From an uncultured virus (IMG/VR IMGVR_UViG_3300035034_001389) (Duplodnaviria; Heunggongvirae; Uroviricota; Caudoviricetes), in IMG/VR virus record IMGVR_UViG_3300035034_001389: a stretch of DNA of 20,000 nucleotides, one strand, 5' to 3'. A program made the position numbers and the translations under genes. Under the pieces are notes generated by a model. It did not search any database. It was given only the letters and a program-made list of their open reading frames with translations, and was not told the DNA's origin. Below are positions 1-9,631 of this stretch, piece after piece. Positions within the stretch are counted from its first letter, which is position 1; each line of letters opens with the position of its first letter.

Positions 1-753
1 GATGGTGACTTCACAGAGAAGGTACCACATGACCCTGATTATTTCTTCCACGGTGAAGAAATATCTATAGCAGTTAGAGCATTCACACATGGATATGATC
101 TATTTCACCCCCACAAAGTTGTGGCTTGGCATGAATATACACGAAAGGGTAGAACTAAAGTCTGGGATGATCACACAACAACTAGTAAGAATGATGGTAA
201 TATCAAGCTAGATTGGGTTGAACGTAATAATCTTTGCCATAAGAGAAACCGAATACTATTTGGCATGGATGGTGAAGACCCAGCACAAATTGACTTTGGT
301 AAATTTGGATTTGGTGATGTTAGAACTGTCAGAGAATATGAAGAATATGCTGGCATTAGTTTTGAATACCGTGGTGTACAACAGCCAACATTGGATAGGA
401 AAGACCCACCCAACAATATCCCATATGATAATGAGAAACAGTGGAAGGTATTGTTTGCACGTTCTAATGATGTACACATATGCCTACATAAAAATGAATT
501 AATTGAGAGTGGTGAAGAACTATTGGATGATTATGACTTTTTCTATGTCGGTACACATGATGAAAATGGTGACGAAATACATCGGAAAGACATTACTAAA
601 GATGAAATATACCAATATATAAATAGTGATAACGGTTTCGTTGATTATCGACTAATTTTTCTTTCGACTAAACGCCCAACACATTACACGGTATGGGTAC
701 ATAGTGAAAGTAAAGAATGGATGAAAAAAATAACTAAGCCTATTGACTATTAG
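1..753 (+). CDS. GT60-like polypeptide/hydroxyproline N-acetylglucosaminyltransferase (GlcNAc family), 5'-truncated by the window edge
   Basis: Frame 1 is open from base 1: DGDFTEKVPHDPDYFFHGEEISIAVRAFTHGYDLFHPHKVVAWHEYTRKGR. This matches the VPxDP..F.GEE....R..T.GYD..P....H.Y signature of Gnt1/GT60-type enzymes. The GTG start at 121 in the ORF track is internal. TAG stop at 751-753. Confidence 0.75.
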   Translation, partial: DGDFTEKVPHDPDYFFHGEEISIAVRAFTHGYDLFHPHKVVAWHEYTRKGRTKVWDDHTTTSKNDGNIKLDWVERNNLCHKRNRILFGMDGEDPAQIDFGKFGFGDVRTVREYEEYAGISFEYRGVQQPTLDRKDPPNNIPYDNEKQWKVLFARSNDVHICLHKNELIESGEELLDDYDFFYVGTHDENGDEIHRKDITKDEIYQYINSDNGFVDYRLIFLSTKRPTHYTVWVHSESKEWMKKITKPIDY

Positions 754-761
754 GTGAAAAC

Positions 762-3080
762 ATGAAAAATGAATTAATAATAGCAAGTTATGGTTCCCAT
801 AATGCCGCTGTTGCAATGTTCTATAAAGGCACGTATACTGTAATTGAGGTAGAACGCTGGTTAAGTAAAAAAAATGCTGGCTTAATAACATACTTGCCAG
901 CATCAAATCCTAATATTATATTGGAAGAAATCACTGAGTTTTTACTTTCTAAAACTGATAGAAGTGAAGTAGATTTATATTTAACAAACTATGGTGATTT
1001 GTCAAAACTGAAACCATCCTTTAATTATGTTAAGAGTTTAACGTTTGATCACCATGAAGCACACGCAGCATGTGCATTTTATCAATCCCCTTTCGATAAA
1101 GCATTAACCTTCACATTTGATGGTGGTGGTGATGCCGGTTATTTTAATGTATACATGACAGATCGACAAAATGGCGTCACATTACTTAATAAATTTAACC
1201 AAGATTTAGGATTTGCATATATGATTCTTGGTGATCACCTTGATGAAATTACACGTGACCCACTAAACATTGGCAATCTTGTTTATGCCGGTAAACTAAT
1301 GGGACTGTGTTCATATGGAAATATTCGAGATGAATGGATTCCACACTTTACTGAATTCTATGAAACATTTACATATAGTGGGGACTCATACCTTGGTGGT
1401 GCAGAAGCAGCTAAAGATGCTCTCCCAAAATTGATGGAAGCCATACAGGTTAAGAATTATACTAAGGATACTAGAATAAGTGGTCAGATGTCATGGGACA
1501 TTGCGGCAACAACACAACATGTATTTGAAGAACAATTTTTTAAATTTGCACAACCTTATTTTGATCAATATCCAGATATCCCAGTGACCTTAGCTGGAGG
1601 GTGTGCATTGAATGTTATATTGAATACTAGAATATTAAGGGAACGTGGTAAGAATGTTTTTATACCACCTAACACCAGTGACTGTGGTATAGCTGTGGGT
1701 GGAATATTACTTAATCAGAAGCCAGAGTATCAGGTTGATTTAACATATGCAGGTGCGCCCGTTTTAGATGAACATATGTTCTCATCATATATTGAAAATG
1801 GCATGTTTAGTGTAGTGGAAGATGTATCTATTGAAAGTTTAGCTAACTATATAAACAATGGTCATATTGTAGGTATTATTAATGGGAACTCGGAACATGG
1901 CCCAAGAGCACTAGGCAATAGAAGTATAATATGTAATCCAGTTGGCGATATGAAAAACATACTTAATGATAAAGTTAAAAATAGAGAATGGTATAGACCA
2001 TTTGCACCATTAGTTCGTCTAGAGGACGCACCAACATATTTTGATTTCCCAGAAGGTGCACAATCTCGACATATGACGTATGTTGCTGAAGTACGAGAAG
2101 AATATAGAGATATTATACCAGCCGTAACACACGAAGATAATACTGGTAGATTGCAGACTGTGACCCGCCAGCAGAATAGCTTTATATATGATCTATTAAC
2201 CGAATTTGATAAGGTTTCTGATCATAGTGTATTATTGAACACATCATTCAATGTCAATGGAAAACCAATTTTGACCAGAATATCAGAAGCTCTTGAAATA
2301 TTAGAAACTTCAAAACTTGATGCCGTATTTTACAAGAACCGTCTAATATTTAGAAGGGGTGAAGAGAAAAAATTCGAGAAAAAATCAATCAATATTAACA
2401 TCAAGCCATTATCAAATGAAACTACTGTAAATATATTTGTAACACCCACAAATAATGATAATTTATTATCAGCATACATACCGAAGATTTCTAAAATTTG
2501 TCAAGATTCTAAAGTTGTATTGATAATAGAAGAGAAATATATTAAATATTGTCAACTTGCATTGTCTGACTTTGAAGTTGAGTATTTTCCCATTAATATA
2601 ACCAGCTTTTACTATCATGAATTAGTTCAAAAAAGTTTACCCAATTTAAATATGGTGATGTCTGAATATCTAAATATTATACGAATGTTGTGGGCCAAAA
2701 ATGTAATGCTTGAGAATTTACATAGAACACAAAATCACATATTTGTAACTTTAGGAAATGTTATGTATTCAATGGATATTGTTAATGATATTAAAACTAT
2801 ATCCGAAGCATGTAAAGAGGGTGATCAAATTATTACTACCTCTAGAACATACACAGGATCACCAGCAGAGGACATACTTGGCAAGCATCACATTGGTAAG
2901 GTTCCTACCAAAATCCCATCTATGGACATTGTAGCAGGCCATATATCACAGATAGATTGGTTATGTACAAACATAGAGGCACATCTACTGAGCATGTTAC
3001 GTTCTGGGGGGGTGTCATCAGATTATGATTATGTTGTGGTTCCTTTCATGGAAAGTAATCATAAGTTCAGGTTAATATAA
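762..3080 (+). CDS. NodU/CmcH/TobZ-family O-carbamoyltransferase with a C-terminal degenerate HtrL-like domain
   Basis: Motifs GSHNAA, EVERW, DHHEAHAACAF, FDGGGD, AGKLMGLCSYG, LAGGCALNV, SDCGIAVG, EHGPRALGNRSI, VKNREWYRPFAP, PAVTHEDNTGRLQTV and LLNTSFNVNGKPI cover both carbamoyltransferase domains. About 230 extra residues follow. Confidence 0.92.
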   Translation: MKNELIIASYGSHNAAVAMFYKGTYTVIEVERWLSKKNAGLITYLPASNPNIILEEITEFLLSKTDRSEVDLYLTNYGDLSKLKPSFNYVKSLTFDHHEAHAACAFYQSPFDKALTFTFDGGGDAGYFNVYMTDRQNGVTLLNKFNQDLGFAYMILGDHLDEITRDPLNIGNLVYAGKLMGLCSYGNIRDEWIPHFTEFYETFTYSGDSYLGGAEAAKDALPKLMEAIQVKNYTKDTRISGQMSWDIAATTQHVFEEQFFKFAQPYFDQYPDIPVTLAGGCALNVILNTRILRERGKNVFIPPNTSDCGIAVGGILLNQKPEYQVDLTYAGAPVLDEHMFSSYIENGMFSVVEDVSIESLANYINNGHIVGIINGNSEHGPRALGNRSIICNPVGDMKNILNDKVKNREWYRPFAPLVRLEDAPTYFDFPEGAQSRHMTYVAEVREEYRDIIPAVTHEDNTGRLQTVTRQQNSFIYDLLTEFDKVSDHSVLLNTSFNVNGKPILTRISEALEILETSKLDAVFYKNRLIFRRGEEKKFEKKSININIKPLSNETTVNIFVTPTNNDNLLSAYIPKISKICQDSKVVLIIEEKYIKYCQLALSDFEVEYFPINITSFYYHELVQKSLPNLNMVMSEYLNIIRMLWAKNVMLENLHRTQNHIFVTLGNVMYSMDIVNDIKTISEACKEGDQIITTSRTYTGSPAEDILGKHHIGKVPTKIPSMDIVAGHISQIDWLCTNIEAHLLSMLRSGGVSSDYDYVVVPFMESNHKFRLI

Positions 3081-4027
3081 TGAATATATCATTTGTAACA
3101 TCGGTATATGATGATTTATCTAATACTAAATTTGCTGGTAGACATAATCGGGGCACCCAGTATGCATTTTCGTTGGCTCAGATGCAACACATGGGTGTCC
3201 CAATTTATATCTTTACTGATAAGCGCAATATACAAAAGAACCTTCCAGCAATTTACAGCCATAGTTTAGATAATGCTAAATTCATAAACTATGAACTAGA
3301 TAAATATCCACTCTATAATGATATACAAAAAATTAAAGATAGTAACCCCGAAGTATATAGAAATGAAGCAGGGTGGTCAAGTCGGTGTGTTGAAATAATG
3401 TGGAGTAAATTTGATTTAGTTGAACATATTATTAATAAAGTTGGAATATCTGAAGATAATTTTGTATTTTGGATAGATGCTGGATTATCACATCCCGGAG
3501 TATTACCATACAAATATAATTCCATATATAACCCCGAAATGGAATATCCAAATCAATCAAAGGAATATCATGATGGTTTTTATTTTGACCAAATTTTTAA
3601 TAATGAATTTCCAGAGTATCTAGCAAATTATATAGGTAAAAATAAAATATTCCACATGATGTGTAATTCACCACAGCATAATGACCCATCTTTTATGGGT
3701 AATATTGAAACTGTAAAAACTGGCACGGTTGTGGGTGGATTATTTGGTGGAACTACTAATGTATTATTAGACTGGGTGCTTGAAGGTAAGGATATTTGTC
3801 AGCAATTAGTAGACCATAATCAATTGGTTAAAGAAGAAGACATATTGAGTTATATGGTAAACAAGCATATGGTGGAAGATGAATCGTTTATTGATGAAAA
3901 AATAAAACTTTATTTATTCGATACATGGTATCATGAAGATTGGTTAAAAAATTGGGATAAAACATTATATGACCCCAACACTGCAATATCATTTTCAGAT
4001 TTTTTTAAAGAATTCACAGGTAGATAA
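3080..4027 (+). CDS. HtrL/YibB-like putative glycosyltransferase
   Basis: N-terminal ISFVTSVYD, then IMWSKFDLV, FWIDAGL, VVGGLFGG and KEEDILS. Clearly paralogous to the N-terminal half of the next ORF. Coupled to the upstream gene by a TAATG stop/start overlap at 3078-3082. Confidence 0.65.
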   Translation: MNISFVTSVYDDLSNTKFAGRHNRGTQYAFSLAQMQHMGVPIYIFTDKRNIQKNLPAIYSHSLDNAKFINYELDKYPLYNDIQKIKDSNPEVYRNEAGWSSRCVEIMWSKFDLVEHIINKVGISEDNFVFWIDAGLSHPGVLPYKYNSIYNPEMEYPNQSKEYHDGFYFDQIFNNEFPEYLANYIGKNKIFHMMCNSPQHNDPSFMGNIETVKTGTVVGGLFGGTTNVLLDWVLEGKDICQQLVDHNQLVKEEDILSYMVNKHMVEDESFIDEKIKLYLFDTWYHEDWLKNWDKTLYDPNTAISFSDFFKEFTGR

Positions 4028-4056
4028 TTAAAATAAATAGATTTAAAGGTATTTAA

Positions 4057-5697
4057 ATGAACAACGATTTAACATTAGTTACAGCACTATTTGATATTAA
4101 ACGAGGTGATCTTAACCCCGGTTTCGCTAGAGGGTTCGATCATTATATTGAAACATTCAGACGCTTATTGAAGACGGAATTACCTATGGTTATATTCTGT
4201 GATAAAGAAGTTGAAAAGATAGTGTGGGAGGAAAGAATTCCAGATAATACTAGAATTGTATCTAAGACCCTTGCTGACTTAAAAAACTTTCCATTTTATG
4301 AACAGACTAATGAAATACGCAATCAACCTGAATGGAAAAATAGAAGTGGTTGGATTACAGATAGTCCACAATCGGAACTAGAGTTATATAACCCATTAGT
4401 TATGAGTAAACAATTCTTTTTGAATGATGCATCAATATTTAATTTCTTCGAAACTAAGTATTTTTTATGGATGGATGCGGGAATAGCTAACACGATTGGT
4501 GACCCATGTGCATATATGAATTTTGACTTTGCTAAAAAAATAACAGAACATATGCAGAGAATGATGTATGTGTGTTTCCCATATGATGGTGAAGTAGAAG
4601 TACATGGGTTTGAAAAAGAAGAATTTGATAAAATTGCAGGGTGTAAAACTGATAGAGTTGCCAGAGGTGGAATGTTTGGTGGTCCAGCCCATGTTATTCG
4701 TGAGATTAACGACATATATTATCAACTACTTGGAAATACGTTAAACTCTGGATATATGGGAACCGAAGAAAGTATTTTTACCTTGATAACATATCAGCGT
4801 CCAGACCTTTGTAATATTGTCAACATTGATAATAATGGTCTAATAATTAAGGCATTAAATGATATTCAAAATGACACTAAAGTATATACTCAAGAAAAGT
4901 TAGCTATATATGCCCTTACCTACAACCTACCTCAACAATTTGAACATTGGGTGAAATCATTTGTATCTGCATTTCCCAAGGAATTTGAAAGTATGAAAAA
5001 GTATGTAATTAATAATTCCAATGATCCAAAAGTTGATGCAACATATAAAGAATTGTTTGAACAATATGGATTTGAAGAATTCAAGTTTGACAATGTAGGT
5101 ATAAATGGTGGTAGACAATTTGCCGCAGAGCATTTTGATGCAAGTGATCATCAGTATATGGTATTCTTCGAAGATGACATGCTAATGCATCAGCCCAATG
5201 CAGGTCCATGCAAATCAGGATTCACAACATATCACCCTGAAATATTTGATAAGTGTATGGAAATCATGGCAACTGAAAAGCTTGATTATTTGAAAATGTG
5301 TTTTAGTGAATTTTATGGTGTTAATCATCATAACTGGGCATGGTTTAATGTACCACCTAGCAAAAAAGAATTATATTTCCCTGAACAGTCTGATACAGAA
5401 ATACGCCACCACACCAATATTAAGAGAACTAATACACTAAGAGGATTACCCTATGCTGTAGGAGAGTACCATTATTGTAATTGGCCACTAATGTTTAACA
5501 AGAGTGGAAGCTTTAAGGTATTTCTAGAAGATAAATATGAGCATCTATATGAACAGACATGGATGAGTCATACGATGAATCTTATACATGATAGGCGTAT
5601 AAATCCGGGATGCCTTTTAGCCTCAACTATTAATCATGACAGAAAGTTTCATTATGATGGTGACACACGCCGGGAGAATGAACACTATACTAATTAA
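4057..5697 (+). CDS. Two-domain putative glycosyltransferase: HtrL/YibB-like N-terminal domain plus GT-A (GT2-like) C-terminal domain
   Basis: N half: LTLVTALFDIKR, YNPLVMSKQFFL, FLWMDAGI, VARGGMFGG, MGTEESIFT. C half: YVINNSND, DNVGINGGRQFA, YMVFFEDDM (acidic DxD-like motif). Confidence 0.7.
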   Translation: MNNDLTLVTALFDIKRGDLNPGFARGFDHYIETFRRLLKTELPMVIFCDKEVEKIVWEERIPDNTRIVSKTLADLKNFPFYEQTNEIRNQPEWKNRSGWITDSPQSELELYNPLVMSKQFFLNDASIFNFFETKYFLWMDAGIANTIGDPCAYMNFDFAKKITEHMQRMMYVCFPYDGEVEVHGFEKEEFDKIAGCKTDRVARGGMFGGPAHVIREINDIYYQLLGNTLNSGYMGTEESIFTLITYQRPDLCNIVNIDNNGLIIKALNDIQNDTKVYTQEKLAIYALTYNLPQQFEHWVKSFVSAFPKEFESMKKYVINNSNDPKVDATYKELFEQYGFEEFKFDNVGINGGRQFAAEHFDASDHQYMVFFEDDMLMHQPNAGPCKSGFTTYHPEIFDKCMEIMATEKLDYLKMCFSEFYGVNHHNWAWFNVPPSKKELYFPEQSDTEIRHHTNIKRTNTLRGLPYAVGEYHYCNWPLMFNKSGSFKVFLEDKYEHLYEQTWMSHTMNLIHDRRINPGCLLASTINHDRKFHYDGDTRRENEHYTN

Positions 5698-6251
5698 ACT
5701 GATGGTGATGGTGTAGGTGTAGGTGTTACTGTTGGAGTAGCACTCTGTGTCAACTCTGGCTCTGATACTGTAACGGATGCTGTTAATGTTGGTGTAAGTG
5801 CTGGTGCTGTAAAGCACCCACCACCAGCCTGTATATTAAGATCAGGCTCTGGAATGGCATTCGGTGAATCAACCCTCTGCTCAATTTGCAACGCAACCCA
5901 TGATGTTTTAAATATTTCTTCAAATTTCGATTTTGTAGAAAAAGCATCCTTAAGTATTTCAAAGAATATATAATTAACGTCTTCTCTTCTAAATGTCTCA
6001 TATATCAAATTCATTGTGGTTATAATATCATTGGGTGTATTGAAATTCAGATTGTTATTCACAAATGCATCAATATCTACACCATCAAATTCCCTATTAG
6101 GTGAATTCAATATTGCAGTAATTGTTGATTTGGCAAGAGTAGGGTCAACAAATATCTGATCTGGACCTAGCCCATATCTAGTATCTGTACCATATTTTTC
6201 ATCATATAATGATCGCTCTAATGATGGCAATAATTTTGTTCTATCTGTCAT
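5694..6251 (-). CDS. Hypothetical protein, probably virion-associated, with a C-terminal Thr/Pro-rich tail
   Basis: 185 aa ORF, last gene of the - strand block. Ends in TAPALTPTLTASVTVSEPELTQSATPTVTPTPTPSPSV. Its stop overlaps the stop of the convergent gene. Confidence 0.7.
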   Translation of the reverse strand: MTDRTKLLPSLERSLYDEKYGTDTRYGLGPDQIFVDPTLAKSTITAILNSPNREFDGVDIDAFVNNNLNFNTPNDIITTMNLIYETFRREDVNYIFFEILKDAFSTKSKFEEIFKTSWVALQIEQRVDSPNAIPEPDLNIQAGGGCFTAPALTPTLTASVTVSEPELTQSATPTVTPTPTPSPSV

Positions 6252-6255
6252 TTCA

Positions 6256-7518
6256 TTATACCGTATCGTTTAGTATTATTTCTTGTGATATACACTCACC
6301 AGCCGAAACTGTTATAGAGTATGTTATTTTAATTCTACTTGTTGAATCTTTACTTTTTTCTGGAAATATTATATGTGTTAATAATCTCTCTCGTTCTTCG
6401 GTTGAATCATTAGAATTATTCACTATACCCCTATCATCACCACCTTTAATGTTACTATTTACATTCAACCAATCATGCCTAGCTAAGAAATAAATTAGAT
6501 TTTCTGAACCTAAAACTGTTTCTTCTTCTGGAAACGATATAGTTGACTGTGAACCAGTTGATTTACTTTGCACCGAAAAAAATCCTCTAGAATCCAAATT
6601 ATTAATAGATGGATATAATGCGGTTCCCGTATCAGATATAAAGAATAGTGCTCCACTATCACCACTAAAATCAAATGGACTTGCAGAATCTAACCATGCA
6701 CCAGTATTAATACCTTCACATAAATCACCATATGTAAACGCACCAGCCACACCAGTACCAGTACCAGCAGGTGGTGTTGTAATTAATGAATTAACCCTAA
6801 CACCATTTAACACTACAGGTATGGAAAATCGAGTACCACCGGGTAATGAAACAAACACATCACCCAATGGATTATCAACTAGACCCACTATCTGCGAATA
6901 TGAAGTTTTTATTATATTATCACCATCGGCCAGTAATCCTTCTTTATTAAGTTCAATATCTATCGATGAAATACCAGATGTACTTAATGCTGGTGCACCA
7001 GAACTATAAATGCCAACTTCATCAAATGTGAATGTTCTACTATCACCAAGTGGCTCTTCATCATTTATTACCATATCAATGATGACCTCAGATAATACAC
7101 CATTTTCACGAGAATATAACCCATCAGTTGGTTCGTCCCTAAATGCATAATCACCACCGTTAACTCTAACATTATCTAAACCAGAAGAACCTTCATCCAC
7201 GCCATAATTAGGTAATGAACTGTCAATTACTTCTGAATATATTTCATTATATAGTCTGGATTCCCACCCACGAGAATCATTAAATCCATTGTTGACCTGA
7301 CGTTCAACAACTTCACCACCATTAAGAAAGGTGCCACCATTTCCAAAAGCTAAACGATAGAATGATGAATTAGGTTCATTGGCTAATCCTCTAGAAATTA
7401 TTCTTGCAATATTTTGTGGATGTATTGCATTATAATCATCTAGTAGAATCTCACCAGTTGTGAGGTCTACGATCTTAACATGTCCCTCGAAATTAAATGA
7501 TTGAAAAATATTTTTCAT
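6256..7518 (-). CDS. Putative virion structural (baseplate/tail-associated) protein of large phages
   Basis: Blocks EGHVKIVD..TGEILLD.YNAIH, LAFGNGGT, FTFDEVGIYS and RLLTHIIF...KITYSITV resemble conserved structural proteins of large myophages. A Gly-rich middle segment lies between the last two blocks. Confidence 0.6.
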   Translation of the reverse strand: MKNIFQSFNFEGHVKIVDLTTGEILLDDYNAIHPQNIARIISRGLANEPNSSFYRLAFGNGGTFLNGGEVVERQVNNGFNDSRGWESRLYNEIYSEVIDSSLPNYGVDEGSSGLDNVRVNGGDYAFRDEPTDGLYSRENGVLSEVIIDMVINDEEPLGDSRTFTFDEVGIYSSGAPALSTSGISSIDIELNKEGLLADGDNIIKTSYSQIVGLVDNPLGDVFVSLPGGTRFSIPVVLNGVRVNSLITTPPAGTGTGVAGAFTYGDLCEGINTGAWLDSASPFDFSGDSGALFFISDTGTALYPSINNLDSRGFFSVQSKSTGSQSTISFPEEETVLGSENLIYFLARHDWLNVNSNIKGGDDRGIVNNSNDSTEERERLLTHIIFPEKSKDSTSRIKITYSITVSAGECISQEIILNDTV

Positions 7519-7531
7519 AGTATTATATTTA

Positions 7532-8608
7532 TTATGGTGCAGTGACCAAATTATCCCCTGTAAGCTGTTCTATTCTAGGATACGTCGATTCTATATTTGA
7601 ACTATCTAAGTAAATTGCTCCCGATATAATATAAAATCGACCTATATTTGTATTTGGTAAAGTTCCAATATCTACTAATTTATTTCTCACCTTATCTATA
7701 ACACCATATGGGGTTTCAGAATATAATAAGAATACCTGTCTAGGTTCGATTGGAATTAAATTCCCAATATATCCAGATGTTGTATTTTGATACTGAATTC
7801 CAAGTATCCGAAATGATGTATTTTCGGGTATATCAGCTAATGATGTAATATTAGGAAAGGCATCAGTCATGAAATCCAAAACATTTATATTTTTAGTTGA
7901 AAAACTTCTTCTTTTCCTTATTAATACTTGATCCCAACCCAACCAAGGTGATGATGACGGTAAAACATCTAACATATATTCACCCTCAATACCTTTTACT
8001 GGATTTGATGGTATTTGAATTTCTAAATCTATTGTGAAATTATCTTCATTCATATATTCTATTGTATTATTATCCCGCTCAATAATGGTGGGTATGGCAA
8101 ACACCATATTTCCATCATTTGATATATTAACTAATCCTTCAGGTGTAATGATACTTTGAATGTTTGCGGGAACACTAGATCGGGAAACTAAATGTATGAT
8201 CCCACGCTGTTGAGTTTCGAATGATATTTCTAAATTATTTGAATCTATTATACTTATGGTATATGAATCTGGTGATGCCTCAATGGGAACTCCACCAGTA
8301 CTTTCTATAAGATATACGGTTTCTGCTGGAGAAACCCCCAAATTGTGTTGTATTTTCCATTTACGTGAACTAATATTGATATCCTTAGCAAAAAATGCTC
8401 TTCTTGGAACATAATCTTCTAAACCCGCAACGGGAGGCGGAAAATCACCATCTTGCCGTACTACATTCTCATTCCTAACAATCTTATATAATTTACCCTT
8501 GCATCCATTAGTTATTATACATTTTGAAAACACCGTCATACCAGAAGCATTTTCAGCTAATGATATTTCTCGTTTACATGTGTCACAGTTATATTTAATA
8601 GTTGCCAT
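7532..8608 (-). CDS. Putative virion structural protein with an N-terminal 4-Cys motif
   Basis: ATG at 8608 (track start is TTG 8611). N-terminus has CDTC...CIITNGC. WKIQHNLGVSP...IIDSNNLEISF resembles a small beta module recurrent in phage tail proteins. Confidence 0.55.
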   Translation of the reverse strand: MATIKYNCDTCKREISLAENASGMTVFSKCIITNGCKGKLYKIVRNENVVRQDGDFPPPVAGLEDYVPRRAFFAKDINISSRKWKIQHNLGVSPAETVYLIESTGGVPIEASPDSYTISIIDSNNLEISFETQQRGIIHLVSRSSVPANIQSIITPEGLVNISNDGNMVFAIPTIIERDNNTIEYMNEDNFTIDLEIQIPSNPVKGIEGEYMLDVLPSSSPWLGWDQVLIRKRRSFSTKNINVLDFMTDAFPNITSLADIPENTSFRILGIQYQNTTSGYIGNLIPIEPRQVFLLYSETPYGVIDKVRNKLVDIGTLPNTNIGRFYIISGAIYLDSSNIESTYPRIEQLTGDNLVTAP

Positions 8609-8666
8609 CAATAATATCCAATTATATACTATTTATGGTAACATCCAATGGTTGGATATTAAGATA

Positions 8667-8957
8667 TTACTTAAGTGCTATTTTTTGAATGTGCTCAATA
8701 AGGTCTTCAGCTTCATTGATATTATCTTCAGCAAAACATCTGGGGCCACATCTAAGATCATGAAGAATCCAAGCGAATGATGTCTGGAATTTATGTATTG
8801 ATGTTCCACGAGAATTTTCACCGATACGCTCTTTTATAGCACGATTACTATCACGCTTTTTAAGTGCATCACGATAGGCATCACATGCATCTTCGAATGA
8901 CACTGTGAGTTTTGCGATATTTGTTTCTATTTCATTTATTGTATATTTAATTTTCAT
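8667..8957 (-). CDS. Hypothetical protein (helical, basic)
   Basis: Fills the gap in the - strand block. ATG at 8957 lies just after the upstream stop; alternative ATG at 8975. Confidence 0.6.
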   Translation of the reverse strand: MKIKYTINEIETNIAKLTVSFEDACDAYRDALKKRDSNRAIKERIGENSRGTSIHKFQTSFAWILHDLRCGPRCFAEDNINEAEDLIEHIQKIALK

Positions 8958-8959
8958 AA

Positions 8960-9631
8960 TTAATCTTGTTTCCAATATTTAGCTAAATTCGAATTTATTG
9001 TATGTGGTTTTGGTTTTCCATGAAAGCACACTATTTTTGCATCCTTGGGTAGAATAATATCACCTCCTACTTTACAATGTACCTTATATGATACTATTTG
9101 TTTTGGGTATGAATCCTGAAGAAATTCTTTTGGGTGGTGGAATTGCTGGCTAATATATGATTGATCACCACCTACTTCGTAAAGTTTCATAAATCTATTA
9201 GGATTACTCTTAAACATTTCATATATTTCGGTCATTGGATTTTTCCAATATAAAAGACCACTAGCAAAACTTTCCAGATTATAGAAATCTTGCAATCCCG
9301 AGAATTTTAAGGATTTTCTAGATAAATATTCATCAATATTATCAACAACAAATGTATCTAAATCGAAAAAGAATTTCGGAGTGTCATTATCCTCATGTAG
9401 ATCAGGGCGAAATAATTCGACTTTACCCCACCATTTTGGCCAATCATGGTTAAATAATACGATTTCATCGACATATTTATTGGATATACCACTTGGATCG
9501 TTTGTTAAACATACAATATTAGTATCAATTGAGGTGTTTTTCTTTATAGCCTCTGCTATGTTATTAACATACTTATAATCATATTCCCCACCAGTTCGTA
9601 AAACTAGGAATATCTTAGGGATTACATTCAT
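8960..9631 (-). CDS. GT-A fold, GT8-like glycosyltransferase
   Basis: FFFDLDTFVVDNID (DxD), GGDQSYI, IVCFHGKPKP. AGGAG Shine-Dalgarno precedes ATG 9631, which overlaps the upstream TGA. Confidence 0.75.
   Translation of the reverse strand: MNVIPKIFLVLRTGGEYDYKYVNNIAEAIKKNTSIDTNIVCLTNDPSGISNKYVDEIVLFNHDWPKWWGKVELFRPDLHEDNDTPKFFFDLDTFVVDNIDEYLSRKSLKFSGLQDFYNLESFASGLLYWKNPMTEIYEMFKSNPNRFMKLYEVGGDQSYISQQFHHPKEFLQDSYPKQIVSYKVHCKVGGDIILPKDAKIVCFHGKPKPHTINSNLAKYWKQD

Noticed and set aside
8613..8660. Inverted repeat AATATCCAA (8613-8621) / TTGGATATT (8652-8660), with an alternative ATCCAA arm at 8643-8648
   Set aside because: It is short and AT-rich with no clear U-tract, and cannot be distinguished from chance without conservation data.
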